From the NCBI GenBank assembly GCA_030390025.1, contig CM059425.1, positions 165,356,001 through 165,420,000 on the forward strand: a DNA stretch of 64,000 bases, in the 5' to 3' direction. The translations under genes and the position numbers were made by a program. The DNA is from Squalus acanthias (Eukaryota). The notes beneath the pieces are model-generated. The model did not search any database. It was not told the DNA's origin and saw only the letters and a list, made by a program, of their open reading frames with translations. Of the stretch, positions 23,640 to 36,224 are shown piece by piece. Each line of letters starts with the position of its first letter. Within the stretch, counting starts at the first letter, position 1.

Positions 23640-24262
23640 TAAAAGTTAAACTATATCCAACCAACCAACATTACCAAAAGAGATTAACTAATCATTCATC
23701 TCATTGTTGTTTGTGGGACCTTGCGCTAAGCAAAATGGCTATGCGTTTACCTACAAAACCACAATGACTGCACTTCAAAACAACTAATTGTATTTGAAGC
23801 ACTTTGGTACATTTCTAATAAGGCACTGCATTTGATAGTAAAAAAAGAACTTGCGTTTATATAATACCTTCATGACCTCTGTATGCCCCAAAGTGCTTCA
23901 CAGTCGATTAAGTACTTTTGAAGTACTGTATAGTCACTGTTGTGATATAGGGAAATGCAGCAGCCAATTTGTGCACAGTAAGGTCCCACAAACAGCATAA
24001 ATTACCAAATACTCTGGTTTTAGTGGTGTTAGTTGAGCGATAATTGTTGGCCAGGGCACCAGGAGAATTCATAATACCACAGGATCTTTTATGACGTCCT
24101 AGAGGGGAGACAGGACCTCTCATCTGATAGACGGCACCTCCAACAGTCAGCGTTCCCTCAGTACTACATTGGGATATGAGCCTAGATTGTGTGCTCAAGT
24201 CTCTGAACTCATAACCTTCTAACTTAGAGGTGAGAATGCTACCACTGAGCCAAAGCTGACAC
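23640..24262. mobile_element. Two tail-to-tail Deu-domain (SacSINE1-like) SINE copies (about 23640-23830 plus, 23840-24262 minus)
   Basis: GTACTGAGGGA..GCTG...GGAGGTGCCGTCT body on the minus strand, tRNA-like head near 24262, L2-type tail. Confidence 0.75.
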
Positions 24263-24817
24263 TAATAGATTATGTCATATGTTCCCATCTCTTATTTTAT
24301 TGTTCTTGTGAAAATTATAGGGCTGATTTTCCTGGACCTAGTCTCCCAGGAACTCCCAAACACAAGGTGCAATCAATCAGAAATGCGGACGGGGATCTAT
24401 AAATGTGGACAGGTCTCTGCTCCCATAGTGTTGTCCCAGAACTTCCAGTTGCATTTCTTCAAGGTTCCCATTGTGCTGCATCATCATAAATTAATCAATG
24501 TTGTGCAGGGCAGGTCACAGACCACGTACAAGCTGCCCACATAGATGCCATAATAACTCTAAATTCGAGAAATTGGATCCCGCAACATCCGTTTTTGAGG
24601 CAGAAAGCTGAGGCTGAAGGGTCCAATATGATGTGCGGGCGCTCGTTCCGTGTAGGGTATGTGCTGCACGCCATATTGGTTCGGGCACCCTGTAGTTGCC
24701 CAGGGTGCCTGCCTGAAACTGTCGTTAGATGTCCAATTTGCATATGTATTTAGCCTAACACCTATTTAAGGCCACTTTACGAAATTGGTTCCCAACTGAC
24801 TGCAGCATGCTAAAAGT

Positions 24818-25013
24818 GCAATGGGATCTTTTACATCCACCTGAGAGGGCAGACGGGGGCCTTGATTTCATGTCTCATCCGAAAGATGGCACCTCCAACG
24901 GTGCAGCATTCCCTCAGTACTGCTCTGAAGTGTTAGCCTAGTCTCTGGAGTTACACTTGAACCACAACCTTCTGACTTAGAGGCAAAAGTGCTACTTCTA
25001 AGCCATGGCTCAC
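24818..25013 (-). mobile_element. Deu-domain SINE 5' half
   Basis: Same head and body as 23840-24262. Confidence 0.75.
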
Positions 25014-25408
25014 ACCCTAACACTATATTCATATGATCGGCCTCTGTTCACTATTTTGGTGCAAATATTCATGCTGCTTATTTTCAATGAGTGGACAAAG
25101 CAATGCTGTCCAAACACATTAAGAATTCATCCACTAATATTGGCACCAGTGATTTCTAAACTATTGTATATTTTCCCTGTGGGTTAACACATGCTGTATG
25201 TTGTGAAAGCCATTTGGTAATAATGTAGCTGCATTTTGAACAGACTATAACATCAAGCATCGCTGATTCAGTTTTCTCTCTGCTATCGTCTGTGTTGTGG
25301 CTGTTGGTGCCAAGAAGGAGATCAGCTGCAGTACCAGTAGCTCAGTTCTGCATGAGTTTAAGCAGCTGAACATCCCCGCACCGCCGCCCCCTCCCCACCC
25401 CCCAACCC

Positions 25409-25439
<31 letters not shown>

Positions 25440-28336
25440 CACCAGAGACAATGGAGTATAAATTAGTCTTGGGCGATAGCGAATCGGCAGCCCATTATAC
25501 ACGCTGCCTGGTTTTCTTTCGACTTCAATGCAAAATTGGGCTGACAATTTTCTATCCCTTATTTTGCTCTACCATCCCAGTTGAATTTATGCTCCAATAA
25601 TTCCCTTTAACGGTTACATCAGCTGCACTGTTTGCTATATTTTTACAAAATTTACTTCTGAACAGTATGTCACAGATATAAACAATCAGATATATTTGTG
25701 CTACATACTTCACACACTGCACACATAAATAGAAAACGTGATCAGAAATAACCATAACAGTGACATTGATCCTGTTCACATCCTATTCTTATTTATTAAC
25801 TTCCTACTGGGAGGTAATTGCATTTGCTTGACTTCATTATTTGTCATTATACATGTTTTCAGCCTTCCTGCTTTGTAGCTGTCAGTTTTGACTAGACAAA
25901 TCAGTTTATGTTGAACTGAATCTAAGCTGATTGGGACCAGTGGGAGGTGGGCAGGAGAGCATTGTGGGAGCACCATTCTGAAGCAGTGTTGAACGAGACA
26001 AAGTTTCCAGGTTCACACTCCTTTGCATTTTGTGGGTTAGCTGTGAGCATTAAAAAAGCTTGGAATAGGCAGGTCACCCATTAGGGAGTGGGAAATTGGG
26101 TGTTGCTGCAGGTCTTAGAGGTCTGCAGCAGTTTAAAGGGGAAGTGCATTTTTCTTGGCCAAGGTGGAGAACTGACATGTCTTTCAGGAGTTGAGGGAGA
26201 GGCAAAGTGTTTCAGTTTTTAGATGGAGCCATGGGTATCGAGGTGTAGCAAGTTGGGGAGAGGAGGGATATCCTGATCTTCTTGGATGGGCATGGTGTGA
26301 ATTGAAGAACATGCTCAACAGAAGATTAGTGCCATGCCAATGCCAGCAGCATATACACTAGGACCTGGCTGCAGTGCCAAAAGAAATTAAATGACCTCAC
26401 CAGGTGTGCTGATGGTAATGTGTCATCAGACCTACCAAGGTCAGCAAGCTGCAACATGGGAAAAGCTAATGCCAATGATTTACTCCTTTCTACTCTTCTT
26501 GCAGGAGAAGGCTGTCCATAACAAGAGGGAGAGGACCTGTGTAGGGCCCCCTTCCCAAAGTTCAGACTCTTTGCTTTTCTGAAGAGGCAGTGCAGAGACA
26601 ATTCAAAGGAAGCTGGAGAAAGGAAGTTGGAGGACTACGTCCAGGTCAGAGAGTGTAGACAACTTTTTCATCTCCTTTTTCATGCCTCATTCCTTCAGCC
26701 ACTGCCTGACGCTGCAATTACATCAGCTAATGATCATGCAAACTTTAGCCTAGCATTGAAAGTGGTTTGGCATGTCTTTGCCTTCTAAACTGCATCATAA
26801 CTATACTTATCTTCTCTTCCTCCAGGTTGGACAGATAACTTGAAACTGGAGCCGAGGGAGAGCGATGTGGGAAACCCTCCTGAAGATGCATCATTACTCA
26901 ATATTACCCTGTCAGGCACTAGCTCAAAATAGGCATCCTGTGTTAGTCAGGTAGTGACTTTGAGAGGAGTGCACTTGGTGATGCACAGCACACAAGTGGA
27001 GAGCAGCAGGTGCCATTAACAAAGGAGGACAATGAACAACTGTCTGGAGGAGCAGCTCATGTCCTTTCTCTGATGAAAAGAACAAAAATGCAGACCTCAG
27101 GAGTTCAACTTTTAAAAAAAGATGCTTTCTGAGCATTGCTGGAGGCACTGGACAATCTGCCTGGGATTTTCACCATATCAAAAAGAAATTGGATAAATAC
27201 TTGAAAAGGAAAAATTGGCAGGGTATGGGGAAAGAGAAGGGGAGTGGGACTAATTGGATAGCTGTTTCAAAATGCCAGCACAGGCATGATGGGCTGAATG
27301 GCTTCCATCTGTGCTGTACGATTCTATGATTCTATGATCAGCTAGTGTGGAGGATTCCACAACCCACATTTGTGAGGTTCTTATGCACAGTATCAAAATT
27401 CTGCTGTAAACCTTTGAGTACGGGGTCATTCCAGGTTTATCTGCAGCCTAGCGTCTCATGAAATTGCCTGTGACTCTAATAGCATATCTCAGGGATGCTC
27501 ATACTGTAACCATGCAGGCTCAAGGCTCAACCATCTCCTTCAACTTGTACAGGCTAGGAGATCTGATGGATAGAGGCATCAAGCAGCTTAATGCTGTCAT
27601 TGAGAATGTCTCAAGGAGGTCAGTGTGCAGTGCCCAGTCGCAGGAGCAGACGGCAATGCGTATGGATGATGTTGGTGACTGGCTGACTCGCTATACTTGT
27701 CCGCTCCCCCCAACTCCACCAACCCACCAGTGCCTGCTTCAGTCCAAGAAACCATGCATCAGACTGCCCTGGCAATTGGAATGGAGCAGCCTGCAGCTGG
27801 GATCTCTCAGGCTTCTGCTCACAGAGGTCGACAGCCCTCACCATCTCAGTAGCAGGCACTGGGGAATATGGTTAGCAGGTCTGTAAATGCAGAAAGCCAG
27901 TTGATGAGAATTCAAAAATCAAATGTTGATGTAGAGCTCTGTTGGCTGGCATGTATTAGTCCCCAGCACCCCCCTTAGCACCCTCCCTCTCCTCCACTGG
28001 CACATCTACAGATAGACCTCACAGCACAGCAACATTTGAAGCATGCAACACCCACGATGAGGTGTGCTACTCTGGCTGGACTGTATTGGAGGACACCTCC
28101 AGAGCTACCCAGACATCCAGATCATTGTTTCAAGATTATAGTGGTTTGATCCTCGATGGCTCTGGTAAAAGCATGGATCTCATTCTACTTGGGTTCAGCA
28201 GCCCTATATGGATGTCACACAGGTTTCATAAGCTAGCTCTGCAGTGGGTAGCCTTGGTCTCTAAGGAGACAATCTTGTATGTCTCAGCACAAACTATGGG
28301 GGAATAGATGATTGGCATAAAATTAAGGCATTATGA

Positions 28337-29187
28337 CATAAGAACATAAGAAATAGGAGCTGGAGTAGGCCATTTGGTCCTTCGAGCCTGCTCCACCATT
28401 CAACAAGATCATGGCTGATCTTCTACCTCAACTCCACCTTCCCGCATTATCCCCATATCCCTTAATTCTCAAAAAATTTTCGACCTCTGTCTTGAATATA
28501 CTCAACAACTGAGCATCCACACCTCTCTGGGGTAGAGAATTCCAAAGATTCACAACCCTTTGAGTGAAGAAATGGCCTACCCCTTATTCTGAGACTGTGA
28601 CCCCGTGTTCTAGATTCCCCAGCCAGGGGAAACATTTTCCCAACATTAACCCTGTCAAGTCCCTTAAGAATTTTATATGTTTCAATTAGATCACCTCTCA
28701 TTCTTCTAAACTCTAAGGAATATAGGCGTAGTCTACTAAATCTCTCCTCATAGGGCAATCCCCTCATCCCAGGAACCAGTCCAGTGAACCTTCGCTGCAC
28801 TCCCTCTAAGGCAAGTATGTCTTTCCTTAGGTAAGGAGACCAGAACTGTACACAATACTCCAAGTGTGGCCTCACCAATGTCCTGTATAATTGTACTAAG
28901 ACTTCTTTACTCTGATACTCTAATCCCTTTGTAACAAAAGCTAACATACCATTTGCTTTCCTAATTGCTTGCTGTACCTGCATGTTAACTTTCTGTGATT
29001 CATGTACAAGGACACCCAGGTCCCTCTGAGTGCAAACATTTCCCAGTCTCTCACCATTCAAAAAATATTCTGCTTTTTTGTTTTTCCTACCAAAGTGGAT
29101 AACTTCACACTTCCCCACATTGTATTCCATTTGCCATGTTCTTGCCCACTCAGTCAACCTGTCTATATCTCTCTGCAGTCTCTTTGC
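28337..29187 (-). mobile_element. 5'-truncated CR1 LINE (RT C-terminus and 3' UTR)
   Basis: LQRDIDRL..W...WQM.YNV.KC, RDLGV, LVRPHLEYCVQFWSP; (TTCTTATG)n tail. Confidence 0.93.
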
Positions 29188-29269
29188 TGGAAAAGTGGGC
29201 AGTAATCTGCAGGATCTATTGCAGATGGTCACAGATGAGCTGTATGTTGGCAGAGTGGAATCAGATACA

Positions 29270-29462
29270 CAAAGAAGGAAATTGCGTCTTTCATGACCTT
29301 AGGGCTTAACGTCTCATCCGAAAGATGGCACCGCTGATGGTGCAGCATTCCCTCAGTACTGCACTGAAGTGTCAGCCTACAATAGGTGCTCAAGTCTCTG
29401 GAGTGGTTCTTCAACCCACAAGCTTCTGATTTGGAGGCAAGTGTATTACCACTGAGCCAAGA
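29270..29462 (-). mobile_element. Deu-domain SINE fragment
   Basis: Same head and body as the other copies. Confidence 0.72.
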
Positions 29463-29872
29463 CTGGTAGCTCATTTCAAGTCATGAAAGTTACAGTACTG
29501 TGGGCAGTAACACCAAGCTTTGATGCCCTGAACTGGAGGAACAGACATGATGGACCAAATGACCTCTTTCTGTGGCGTAAACTTCTATGATTCTTTGACA
29601 ATCTTACCATTCCTGTGAAGCCCAGCACCTTATCCTGCTGGTTCAGATGTCAACAGGGATACTGATCAAGTTGTTTGCAGACAAGGCATCAGTCACCTGT
29701 TTGATACTTGCATGAGCTGCAGATTGGCTGATATTATCGATACACCCCATGGCAGCGTGGAAGGAGTTGGAGGCAAATAAAAGAATTCAGAGCTGCAGCG
29801 ACCCTTCCTCTTATAGGCAGTGCCATACTTGTCCTGGAGATTGGCTGCAGGTCTTCTTGGAGCAGACAAAAT

Positions 29873-30208
29873 CGGGGAATTTTAACCTCCAAAAACGGGT
29901 GGGTTTGGGTCGGGTGGGCTGTGAACATTTAAAAAAATCCCAAACCCGAACCCAACTCGCCTCCAACCCGTCCACTTCCGGTTTTAATGGAGGCGGGATG
30001 GGGACGGGAAACCAACTCGCTCCCAGGAGCTGGGTTGGTCATTTAAATATTGTAATAAGGCTGTGAGCCTCACATTTTATCTGTCTTCCAGATTTAACCC
30101 TGGCCAGCCAGGTTTCTCCAACGTGTGGGGAAACCTGGACTTCCGAGTTTCCTGACCACAACTGCTTCCCCCTGCCACTCGGAAAACCTTCCAGTCAAGA
30201 TCGGGCCC
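29873..30208. mobile_element. Harbinger-type MITE inserted in the decayed transposase
   Basis: AAT on both flanks, degenerate TIRs, GC-rich; interrupts the transposase N-terminal remnant. Confidence 0.55.
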
Positions 30209-30611
30209 AATATGTCTGTCCTCCTCCTCCTCTTCTTCCTCCTCCTCTTCTTCCTCCTCCAAGTAGGCCCAATATAGTGGGATTCCCAGAGGGACCCCCA
30301 TTTAGCAAAGGACAAGGCTACTTTCTGCAATGATGATCAATTGCTGCAGAGGAAAAAACCATTTTGAAACAGTATCTGATATCAGCTGCTGGGTCCTTTA
30401 AATTCTTCCCTTTTGAAAGAAGCAGCTAGCTTCAAGTACCATCCATGTTTTATGTTAGATAAATCAACTTCAAATAGCAGACCTCTATTTTAAGATCTGC
30501 TCCAGCACTGTCACTTTCACTATTCGACCACTCCTGCACCTCATTTTTAAATTATGCTTTAAATCTAATAAAACGCATCTTGCTGAAAGCTCCTGCTGAA
30601 ATCCACCATTG

Positions 30612-30970
30612 CATCCGAGTCAGAAGGTTGTGGGTTCAAGCGCCACTACAGAGACTTCAGCACGTAATTCAGGCTGACACTTGGGTGTGGCACTAAGGGA
30701 GTGCTGCACTGTCAGAGGTGCCGTCGATAAACAGAGGCTCTGTCTGCCCGCTCATCCCATTTGAAAAAGAGCAGGGGAGTTTGTCTCGTGGCCTGGTCAG
30801 CCTTTATCTTCAATCAAAACTATTAAAATTGCTCGTCTATCTCTTTGCCGTTTGTGGGATCTGTTTGTGGACTTTGCCCTGTTTGCCTAGATTACAACAA
30901 TGACTACACTTTAAAAGTACTGCATCGGTTGTGAAGCACTTTGGGACATCCTGAGAATGTGAAAGGTGCT
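30612..30970 (+). mobile_element. Deu-domain SINE
   Basis: B box GGTTCAAGCGCC, Deu-like body GAGTGCTGCACTGTCAGAGGTGCCGTC, L2-type tail. Confidence 0.78.
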
Positions 30971-31119
30971 TTCCTTTCTTTCTTTAAAATACAACAGAAA
31001 AAATGATATACTTGAAAAGGACAAACCTATATGCACATTAAAAAGGAGTCCAGAGGACAGAGTTAAGGCTGGCTTGTGAGCTATTGAAGATTGTTCGTGG
31101 AGCAGATGGAGATTTCAAT

Positions 31120-31837
31120 GGCCCGGAATTTGTGGTCAGCGGTGAAGCAAAGACGTTCACCGCTGGCCCCGAAGTAAGCTTCGCACAAAGATCTCGCGAT
31201 CTCCGTGTTGAGAATTTCGGCTTTTCCGACGTGTAATTCAAATCAACGGAAGTTAATGGGGATTCCCAGCGAATAGCTGCTGTGACATCAACAAGATGTC
31301 TACGCAACCAATCAATTCTCATGGACCAGGAAGTGGGTAAGCTCCTAAAATTCTAATATTTAAAAAAAAGGAAAACCTGAAATAAAGACGAACAAACTTT
31401 AAAAAAAAATGTAAATAAAGTTTCTTAAAATTTTTATTTTTATTAAAATGGATAAATTTGACACTGCACAAAATGTAAATTAGTTTTTCAGGGCCATAAC
31501 TTTTGTTTAGCAGTCAATATGCTGTTAAAACCCCAGTTACACCTAATCCCTTTGGGTCTAACTTTTAATGGGGTATTTAACAGCGTAATTATTGCGGAAG
31601 AGACAAACTTTTCGTCAGTTTCGCTTATTTGAGAGATTTCACTGATTGCTGGCTCTGGGGGGTGGGGGGGAGGGAGGGGTGGTTGCCTGTGGAGGAGCAG
31701 TGAATGACAGACCGCAACTTCAGGATTTCCACGTTAGGCTGTGCATGCGTTAAATCCTGAAGTTGCGGTCAGTTTCAAAGGTGAAATGACGGCGAACGCT
31801 GCCAGTTCGTCGTCATCAGGACCACAAATTCTGGGCC
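31120..31837. mobile_element. Harbinger-type MITE (718 bp)
   Basis: 17/18 TIR GGCCCGGAATTTGTGGTC / GACCACAAATTCTGGGCC, TSD AAT. Confidence 0.92.
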
Positions 31838-32901
31838 AATATTTTTGATTAATATCAGTTTGGTGCAGTACAGTTGAAGGATGTTGCAACACTTTCTTTT
31901 TGCCCTGAGGGTAGGTGCTAAAGCTATCCTTGATAGCAGGGACAAATGGACGAATGGACTTCCTCTCTGATAGTTGTTAGTGGCTTTAGGTGGAATGAGT
32001 GTAAATAATGTTAACAAATCCATCCTCACCAGTCAACAATCTGCTTGGCTTTAAATCAGTTGGTCTGATGTGTTGCTGAGAGACAAAGTAAACAAAAATG
32101 TGATGCATTGCTAAAGTTAATATCTCATCCATCAACAAAGCCCTGATTGGAATGAAGAACTGGATAACTTGGATTCAGCAAATGCCATACAAATTCCACT
32201 AAAAAGTCACAGCAGGAAACAAATGCATTATGCCCCACACCATTCGTATCAATAAAGACTATGATGCACTTACTGAAGATGGACAAGTATTTTCGGGGTT
32301 GATTATTCTTTGAGGACAGGCATGTTTTTCACCAATATTTAATAAGCAGTATAACTAAATTCCTTATGCAACAGCTCCCTCTCAAAAGCGTTAGCACTAG
32401 AAATTGCGACAACAAGGCACCAGTGCCAGAAAAATGAAGGACGGGGTTGTCGCTTGTCTCTTCTTAGGGAAAGCGTTAATGTAAATCATTTTTGCTTGTC
32501 TTAAAAATGCCACAGTGGTTGATGTGCTTGTCACAACATCCAGAGGAAAGGTGATCATAAATTCACAAACTGGGCTAGATTGCATGAAATAAATGGGAGA
32601 TGTGGATATAAATAACTACAAGATTTATGAGTTTGGAGCTTAAAGGCCAATTGTCAACCCATCAGGCAATTACATTAAAGTAACAGCTTAGAGCGCCCTG
32701 TGCTGTTACCAGTACCTGTGGCGCTATCTGATGTGGCACTAGACTATAAACCTGCTACAATCTTTGTTCCTAACAATTTTTTTAAGGTTTAAATAAATTG
32801 ATCTTCAAGTCTTCAGATTTACACATTGCATTATTGAAACTATTCAAAAGTCGAAGCTGTTCAGAGAATAACTGTGTGTTACTAAAGCCCCAGTTGTACC
32901 T

Positions 32902-33865
32902 GGGGTCGGGAATTGGGGGTGCGAGGGCCGAACTGGATGGCAATGCATCCGGCCCCCAGAGCATGAGGATCTCCGGGCGATTTTAACTCACTAGCCTCAT
33001 TAGCATGCTGACTTCTGCTCAAAGCCGATTGGAATGATGTCACAGCTGGTGGGTGGGAGTCAAAATTCGTGGGGGGGGTGGGGGAGGGGGGGTTCAAGCC
33101 GCCACAGGGATCCATAGAAATGGTCCCTGGTACAGTAAGTCAGGAATGGCGAGGGAAATCGGGAAAGTCCATGACCAGGGTGGGGGGTGGGGGCGGCTGG
33201 GGAGGGCCAGGGTATCCTTGTGGGGTCAGGAGCAGCACTCCTGCTCCTCTTTGCCAACAAAGAACCATCAAAAAGTAAACAAAAAATGAACCTTTGCTTT
33301 GTACAATCATACCTTTTGTCATTTAATCTCTCCTGCCTTCCATCCTATCACGGACCTTCCCTTTTGTTCTTTCCTCCCCTCCCCCCTTTCCCTGCCTCTG
33401 CACTTGCTAAAAACCTGTTATATCTCTAACATTTTCCAGTTCTGACGAAAGGTCATTGACCTGAAATGTTAACTCTGTTTCTCTCTCCACAGATGCTGCC
33501 TGACCTGCTGAGTATTTCCAGCATTTTCTGTTTTTATTTCAGATTTCCAGCATCCGCAGTATTTTGCTTTTGTAAAAAATATACTTACCTGGGTCTCCTG
33601 TGCCCAGGATCCCGTCTGCTGTCAGTTTTCGCTGGCTGGTTCGAGACTGTGTGGCACTTAGTCGGGCCCGTAGTTAAAATGGAGTGCAGGATGCCACTTC
33701 GCCATATAAATTAGGAACCTGCTTCTCTGGGACGGGCGGCCTTCAGGCAAGGTAAGATGGGGGGCAGGAATGTGTTGGGAACGTGGCACAAATCCCCTGC
33801 CATCTTGACCCCACCCCCCACCCGCATCGTTCCCGCCGGTAGGGATGGGGTTTCATGGGGCAATT
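32902..33865. mobile_element. Probable decayed GC-rich Harbinger-type MITE containing a Penelope-like insertion
   Basis: GGGGTCGGGAATT start and GC-rich composition like other MITE ends; TIR pairing not clear. Confidence 0.4.
33280..33571 (+). mobile_element. Penelope-like terminal-repeat fragment with hammerhead-like core at 33438-33474
   Basis: AGTT-CTGACGA-AAGGTC-ATT-GACCT-GAAA-TGTT-AACT, followed by the same unit as 5017-5148. Confidence 0.68.
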
Positions 33866-35288
33866 TCTGCTTGCTCCATAATGTACAATTTTAATGTTTT
33901 CAGTTATGCGGGCTAAAAATGGGAATTCTGTTGTTGGTCAGTGGTGAAAGAGATTAAATTGTTGGCCCTGCTGAATAATGTATCTATGACTTTCTTTATA
34001 TATATTTTTGGCAGCGATTTGGCCAACACTCGTGATGCCCCCTGTGGTAGCCTGGAAGTGGCTTCAAGGGCGGTAACTAAACCTGAGCCTCCAGAGGCAG
34101 TGCTCCGCACTCATTGCCAGTTATCTGTGCCTGGTGCTCGAGATGGGATGGGCAGCAGAACAGCTGGCGTGGACAGTACGCCTCTGGTTCCATCTGACAT
34201 CTCTTCTGCTAATTGTTCTCCGCTAAATCAAGTGACATGGGAGCATTGAAAGCAATCCTCAGAAATGTGAACCTTCTAACTGCAGAAACTAATGGACACT
34301 GCTGCAGTTGCCTTCAGATTCCTGACATGCAAGCATCTGCCTGAGCCTTAATGCCCGTGGGTAAGATTATCATGTTTGCAGGTGTGAAGACAGCAATTTT
34401 GTGGACTCTCCCTTAATGAGCCGTAATCCTCTGATTACATGCAGAACAAGCCTAACACTTAGTCTGTGTGCTACAGCACTCTGCCAACTCAAAAGCCCTG
34501 CAGCAAATTCATGATAAGCATCCAGTGGGCGAGTATCAGGCAATCCTCTGAAATTGACGGACAGTATCACACAATTGTTGCCAATGTAACAATTTACACT
34601 GACAGAAATTTCTGGGCTGCACTGCAATGGAGCGGAGTCTTGAGCTAGATACAGGGGTCCTCCTGTAGGAAATGGCACAGAGCAGTCACTGCCTGCCTAT
34701 TAAACTTTAGTTAACAAAGGCAATGTTCTTCAGTCAAACCCAAATAGCTGTGCCTGCGATAATACACCTGATACATAGCATAGTGGTGGGTCCAGACAAT
34801 ATTGAATAGAATTTTCATGGCAGTTCCCCCATCCCCTGTCATAACTTCGGTGGAAAATCAGCAAAAACCCTGGAAAAACAGCGTAAGTGGTCATTTACGT
34901 TTTTCCAGGGTCTTCACTGATCTTCCGCCAAAGTTACGGTGGGAGATCGGGAGGATCCACAAGGAAATTACTAGCAACCGTGGAGGGTGTGAGTCCCGGG
35001 GCCCACAAAATTAATTCTAGACTTATCTTTGAAGAGGATCTTTGGCTCCATCGCCCATGGAACTGATCAGTGTGTGTACGGCGCAGATTTCGACCACTTC
35101 CAAACAAAAATGGCAATTGGAGTTCTACTTGCGTCATCGGACCCTGATTTCCATATTAAAAGGGGCCTATCGCTTGAAACAGGCAGGCGCTTTGGATACC
35201 CGACGGTAGGCCCCTTTCAAAATGGAGCCGGCCACATCGCTGATGTTAATAGGGCGGTAAGGATAACAACCCCATTTTAAGACTGTTA

Positions 35289-36181
35289 GGGGGAGAAATT
35301 CAGCATCGCCCCATTTGGGGCGCAATTATCGGCCGGGCGCAAAGATTAGCGCCCGGCGCTAATTATCGCCACCGACTGCAAACTTGACTTTTATTGCCCC
35401 TGGAGGTGATTGGAGCGCTAAATCAGGCGCTTCACACCTGTCTTAAGGCGCAAAGGCCGAGGAGCGAGGTGCTAACTCAGAGCGCTGGCGAAGCTCATGT
35501 GATGTCAGTCAGCAATGGAACACACACACAATGGCACGGGCCAGTTCTTAAAGGGAATGGTTAATCTTGCTTTCGATCCACATCCTGCTCATTGCAGCCT
35601 TGAATCTCGGCCTGGAGAGACCTGTACATCAAATCTGCTGGAAAGAACAATGGAGAGCACCAGGCAAAGTGCTCAGAGTGCAGCCCCCACAGTCTCTTCT
35701 AAATCGATACAAGGAATGGCAAATCAAAATGAACCTGCAAAGTGCTGCTCAGTACCCAAAACTCCTTCACACAACGTTGAATCTCTCCAGAATTCTCTCT
35801 CTCTCTCTCTCAGAATGCATGGTTCAAAAATGGCACCAACAATAAAAGGCAGGAAGCGGTCACTTTTAAATAGCGCTCCCTCAGTCCCTTCATGACTGCA
35901 AAACGCTCCCCTCAACCTGTCGTTGCTAGCGTCAGGCGGTAAGGCAGGGGGCGCCACTCAATATCTGCTCCGGGGCAATACCGGGGCGTTGCGCACTTGA
36001 GTGACGTCACGATCTGCCGGCGCAGGAGATCGTGGCGGTAGTGTTTAGCGCCGCCGCAAAATGTCTAGTTAATTTCGTGAGAGGCGCAAACTTCGCCGCG
36101 CCTGGGCGCTAGATGCTTTGCGCCCCATTGGCGCCCTCTTAAGGCGCTAACGGGAGGCGCAACCAACTGAATTTTTCCCCC
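35289..36181 (-). mobile_element. 893-bp internal-deletion derivative of the Harbinger family at 6295-10412
   Basis: TIRs GGGGGAGAAATTCAG / CTGAATTTTTCCCCC, TSD TTA; about 35289-35680 matches the reverse complement of 10412-10020 and about 35700-36181 matches the reverse complement of 6780-6295. Confidence 0.95.
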
Positions 36182-36224
36182 TTACTGTCCTGTTAACAAC
36201 AACAATAGCTTGCATTTGTATTGT

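Larger units (their letters stand above)
26050..30450. mobile_element. Highly decayed two-gene Harbinger (Myb remnants on plus, about 26170-27880; transposase remnants on minus, 30301 to about 27990) with nested CR1, SINE and MITE; ends not located
   Basis: TWLQCQKKLNDLTR (about 26362), CAG|EKAVHNKRER (26505), MGVPLGIP..EEEE (30301), NISQSAAHASIKQVTDAL (about 29700), DQGYP and SGGVLQYSPARV (28070-28270). Confidence 0.72.
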
